Positions 46,601 to 64,000 of a DNA stretch of 64,000 nucleotides are shown in pieces; position 1 is the stretch's first letter; each line of letters begins with the position of its first letter. The stretch comes from Phaeosaccion multiseriatum (taxonomy: Eukaryota > Protista > Ochrophyta, other classes), in the NCBI GenBank assembly GCA_965112735.1, contig OZ218954.1, positions 4,154,001-4,218,000 of the forward strand. The letters are read 5' to 3'. A model generated the notes under the pieces. It was not told the DNA's origin, ran no database searches, and saw only the letters and a program-made list of their open reading frames with translations. A program made the position numbers and the translations under genes.

Positions 46601-49600
46601 GCCTCGGGGGTGGGGGGAATAAGCACTCCGTCAATGACGTGTGCCACACCGTTACCGGCGAGCAAGTTCGTCGCGACGATGGCACAGGTGGCGCCAGCGG
46701 AGTCGGTGACGATGCCGTCAGCGCTCACGTCGAACGTGCCGCCGTTGAGGGTGGTGACGGTGGAGTCGAGGACATCGGCGGCCAGTCGAGAGCCGTCAGC
46801 AACATGGTAGAGCAGGATGGACTTGAGAGACTCCTCGTTCATGTTGGTGATATCGGTGCATGCCTCAGTAGTCTTGGCCGAGGCGCTGAGAAGAAGGGAA
46901 GGGTACAGTCAACGGCAAGGACAAGGGGAAGAGGAGGGGCGCAAGAGTGTTAGTCATAGCCACGGACAGAGAGGAGAGCAGGCGCACAGGAGGAGAGCAC
47001 ACCGGACCGCAGAGGAGGGAAAGCACACCGGGGTAGGAGAGATGGTGGAAGCAGCGGAGGCGTAGTGGGCATTGGCTGGCACCGCCATCTTTTCTTCTCA
47101 ACACTCAGTGCAAGCCTTTAACAACACGCGCACACACTCACCAAAGGCCGGCTTGAGCGAAGGCAGCGTCGATGGGTGCGAACACGGTCAGCTGCGACGG
47201 GAGGGGAGGGGTGGGGGAGAGGGAATTGGTATTCATATTCATTGCCTGCGTGGAAGCCTGTTGGTCAGGACAGCATGCACTGAGAAGGGAAAAGAGAGCG
47301 GTGAAGGGAAGTACAATCGATATTGTAACTGTCGACTGCAACATCGATAACGACATTGTAACCGCCTTCCCCCCCTTCGGACGCCAACTGATGGTTACCT
47401 TAGAAGCGGAGAGGGTGCTGGCGAGGCCCTTCACAGAGGAGACGGCGTCGATGAGTGCGTCAAAGTCTCCCTCGGTGTTGGCCCCCACCAGCAACGAAAC
47501 AAGGTCCTCGGACTCCTCACTCTCCTCCAAGGGGGGCTCGGTAGGGGGTGTGGGTGCGCGTGTGGGTGTAAGAGTGGGTGCGTGTGTGGGCGCGCGCACG
47601 GGTGCCAAAGTTGGAGTCGAGGTAGGAGGGGGAGTAGGGGCGTTGGTTGGGGGGGGAGTAGGGGTGTTTGTTGGGGGAGGAGTAGGGGTGTTTGTTGGGG
47701 GGGGAGTAGGGGTGTTTGTTGGGGGAGGAGTAGGGGTGTTCGTTGGAGGAGGAGTAGGGGTGTTTGTTGGGGGAGGAGTAGGCGCGTTGGTTGGGGGGGG
47801 AGTAGGGGTGTTTGTTGGGGGTGGAGTAGGGGTGTTCGTTGGAGGAGGAGTAGGCGCGTTGGTTGGGGGTGGAGTAGGGGTGTTTGTTGGGGGAGGAGTA
47901 GGCGCGTTGGTTGGGGGAGGAGTAGGGGTGTTTGTTGGGGGTGGAGTAGGCGCGTTGGTTGGGGGTGGAGTAGGGGCGTTGGTTGGGGGTGGAGTAGGTG
48001 AAGGGGTTGGAGGGGGAGGGGGAGGGAGCCTGTTGGAGCTGTCGCCACCGTTGCATCGCGGGTAGGTGCCGACGTAGACCTCGCCCAGACTGTTGAGGCC
48101 TCCGGAGGCATTCAAGAGGTCGGCTCCTTGGACAGGTGAGGCGCTGAACCATGCGTAACGCTCAACCGCAGGGTGGAGCTCAAGAAGGAGCAGGGCGTCG
48201 GGCATGTAGTCGAGCTGCTTGCCTAAGGTTGGGCCCCCTTCCCCGCATGCAAACTCGGTGAGCCATATTGGGCGGTTGAAGTGGAGGTAGGCATGGAGTT
48301 GTTTGTTGAGGTACTGGGCCTCGCAGGTGTAGCTGAGGGGGGTTGGGGGTGGGGTGGGATGGCAGCACATGGGGGTCGGATGGCAGTGGATGTGGGTGGA
48401 CGTGTGTGGACGGGGGGAGGGGCGGAGGGGGGAGTGTATAGGGCAAGGGAGAGGGGAGAGGACGGATGGATGGCAGTGAAAGGCGGGGGGGGGAAGTTTG
48501 AAGTTGAGGTGCATTCAGGCCGACAAAACATACAGGGAAATGCCTCCATTGCGAGGGAGACCACTGCCAATCTCCACGCTCCGCTCGCAGATTCATTGTA
48601 CAAGCAGCAGTGGCAGTAGCAGTGGTAATAGAAGCGGCAGGAGCTGTTAGCAGCGCCCTTCTTCCCTCCCGTCCCCTCCCCTCCCCTCCCTCCGTCCATC
48701 CGTATCACCAACTCCCTCACCTGTGCATGGAGATTTTATCAAAGTCGGCACTCAGCCCCCCGCCCAGGGAGATAAAAAAGTCATCCAGCCACGCAGCTGG
48801 GTCGGTGTAGCCCCCTACACAGTTACCCGAACAAATGTTCATGGCCGGAGAGACCATGGACAGGCCGCTCACCGATGGCGACGACCTGAGGTTGGAGTAC
48901 AGGTCGGCCGCTTGCCCGGGTGTTTGGGCAGCGTACTGAGGGAAGTTGGGCTCATTGAGAAACAAGAAGTGGTCCACATTGCCGGAGGCGGTGAGGGTAC
49001 GGAGGGGGTCGTTGTCCAGGAACTGCTCCTGGACGGGTAGCGCTAGAAGTGGCGCGAACTCGAGATTCTGTGGTGGTCGTGTGGAAATTGCGAGAGAGGG
49101 AGAGTGGGGGGGGCAGAGGGAGGAGGAGAAGGAGGAGGAGCGAGGAGGGAGGAGGGCGGGTGGAGGTTCGAGGGTTAGGAGAGGGTGAGACAAAGTGCGG
49201 CCGTACGAAAAGAATATAAACCAACCGAACAATTGTTTCCCTTCACGCCCACACAATAATCACCATGGATGAACAGGTACATCACATGCACCGGCATCAC
49301 CACCTTCAGGCATGTCGAGGGTTAGGAGAGGGTGAGACAAAGTGCGGCTGTACGAATAGAAGATAAACCAACCGAACAATAGTTTCCCTTCACGCCCACA
49401 AAGTTATCACCATGGATGAACAGGTACATCACATGCACCGGCATCACCACCTTCAGGCATGTCGAGGGTTAGGAGAGGGTGAGACGAAGTGCGGCCGTAC
49501 GAATAGAAGATAAACCAACCGAACAATAGTTTCCCTTCACGCCCACAAAGTTATCACCATGGATGAACAGGTACATCACATGCACCGGCATCACCACCTT

Positions 49601-50151
49601 CAGGCATGGCCCGCACGCTCCCCTCTAGCCCCCTCACTCACGTTGCTTTGGGCCGTCTGGATGACGTCTTCCGGTAGGCCCTCACCAGGTGTCCAGTCAC
49701 ACCACCATGAAATGCCACGAGACAGCGAGGACAGCTGAGCACCTGTCGTCAGCTGCTTTGCAATGCCCTTCTTGGTCGAGCACGATGGACCGGTCAGTGA
49801 GGGCGGTGTCGGTTGCCCGCTCCGTGCCACACCAGAGAAGGATACGTAGCGAGTGCTCGGCTGAGAGGAGAAGGTCGTCTTCAGATAGCATAGCGCCTCA
49901 TCTTGATCGAAAGTTGCTGCCTGACAGCTTGTGTCCTCACAGCAGAGATCCCTGCAATGGTCCTGGCTGAAGCTGATCACAGCCCCCCCGTACAAGGTCG
50001 GAAAGGGCGACCCGGCGCCGGGGTTGCTCACAGAGGGGCCGTATAGAACTTCAGCTCGTGTGCTTGACCATGTGCAATCGTAGGCCTGCGCTGCGTGAGC
50101 CGCCAGGAGGAGTGACGCGACGAAGCGGGGAGTCCATGGCTGAAGACCCAT
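43620..50151 (-). CDS. Secreted modular protein: signal peptide, PAN/apple-like, GH128-like (Glyco_hydro_cc) beta-1,3-glucanase, Pro/Thr linker, two FAS1 domains, Cys-rich modules
   Basis: PAN-like [17 protein letters not shown]...CYLK. GH128-like [35 protein letters not shown] and VERYAWF. FAS1 motifs LTVFAP.DAAF, LLYHV and [10 protein letters not shown] occur twice. 3' end uncertain. Confidence 0.85.
47630..48010 (-). repeat. Coding 24-bp repeat (PTPPPTN[T/A])n, about 15 units
   Basis: Visible in ORF 47138-48514. Confidence 0.95.
49167..49608. repeat. ~147-bp tandem repeat x3 in the first intron of the GH128-FAS1 gene
   Basis: cgagggttaggagagggtgagac recurs at ~49169, ~49316 and ~49463 with near-identical units. 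Confidence 0.95.
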
Positions 50152-50758
50152 GCGATTGCCTCCTTTCTCTTTTGTGCTTACTCCTCACACAGTAGTGTGT
50201 GTGGGCAATAATGGCATGAGGACGAGGCACGTCCAATGCATTATTTATGCACATCATGGATCCTGACGACCCCCCCAGTCTGCTCAGGCGTTAAGAAAGC
50301 GTAGCGCCAGGAGGTGGTGTGTACGTCATAAGTCAATGAAGTCCCCAAGAGCTCGATTCTTTCAAGGCGCTAGAATCTTCAGAAATTCACAGATGGCTGG
50401 CTGACGGTTGACAGGATTTCCCTTCTATTGTTTTGTCCAGGAGAGCAAGTGGAAGCGTCTTATCATAAATAAGGCCTCTGGGACAGACATCTTCTCCTTT
50501 TGTGCTTCGGGGGAGTGGCGCGGAAGTTATGGAAGCGCATGACTACCGAGAAAGACGAGTAAAAGCTCAGAATGCCTTCCACGGCTCTGCGCTTGTCTGC
50601 TCGCTTTGAAGTGACCTTGCAATGGTGAGGCGGAGAGCAGGAATGTGTGACATCAAGACTGTTAGATGGTCCGAATGTGTGGGCGGCCATTCTTGCTCTC
50701 ATCCGTAGCACTTAAAGCCTCCCGCTAACTATCGTTGACGAAGAAGAGGCTCGACACA

Positions 50759-64000
<13,242 letters not shown>

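Overview
GC-rich, gene-dense, intron-rich eukaryotic DNA. It is probably from a stramenopile (ochrophyte-like) alga; this is an inference from a bipartite-looking presequence, a GH128/FAS1 cell-surface protein and (GGGA)n/(CCCT)n-filled introns. Seven spliced genes are recognisable: SCAPER-like (partial), a putative plastid membrane protein, NSUN5/Rcm1-like rRNA m5C methyltransferase, PUS3/Deg1-like pseudouridine synthase, insulin-degrading enzyme with PTS1, a secreted PAN-GH128-P/T linker-2xFAS1 protein, and a large WD40/FN3 protein (partial). Dispersed among them are six copies of an intronless ankyrin-repeat + BTB-like + basic-tail gene: two full length, one 5'-truncated, three decayed. Their differences concentrate at ankyrin target-binding positions and in non-homologous variable-length loops, the copies are patchworks of each other, and the BTB half stays intact even in pseudogenes. 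This suggests a diversifying 'natural DARPin' receptor repertoire. An intronless bacterial-type methyltransferase sits inside the ankyrin cluster. Separately, the introns carry several non-microsatellite motifs that are polarised: one orientation near donors, the reverse complement near acceptors. All calls are by eye, and exon boundaries are approximate.
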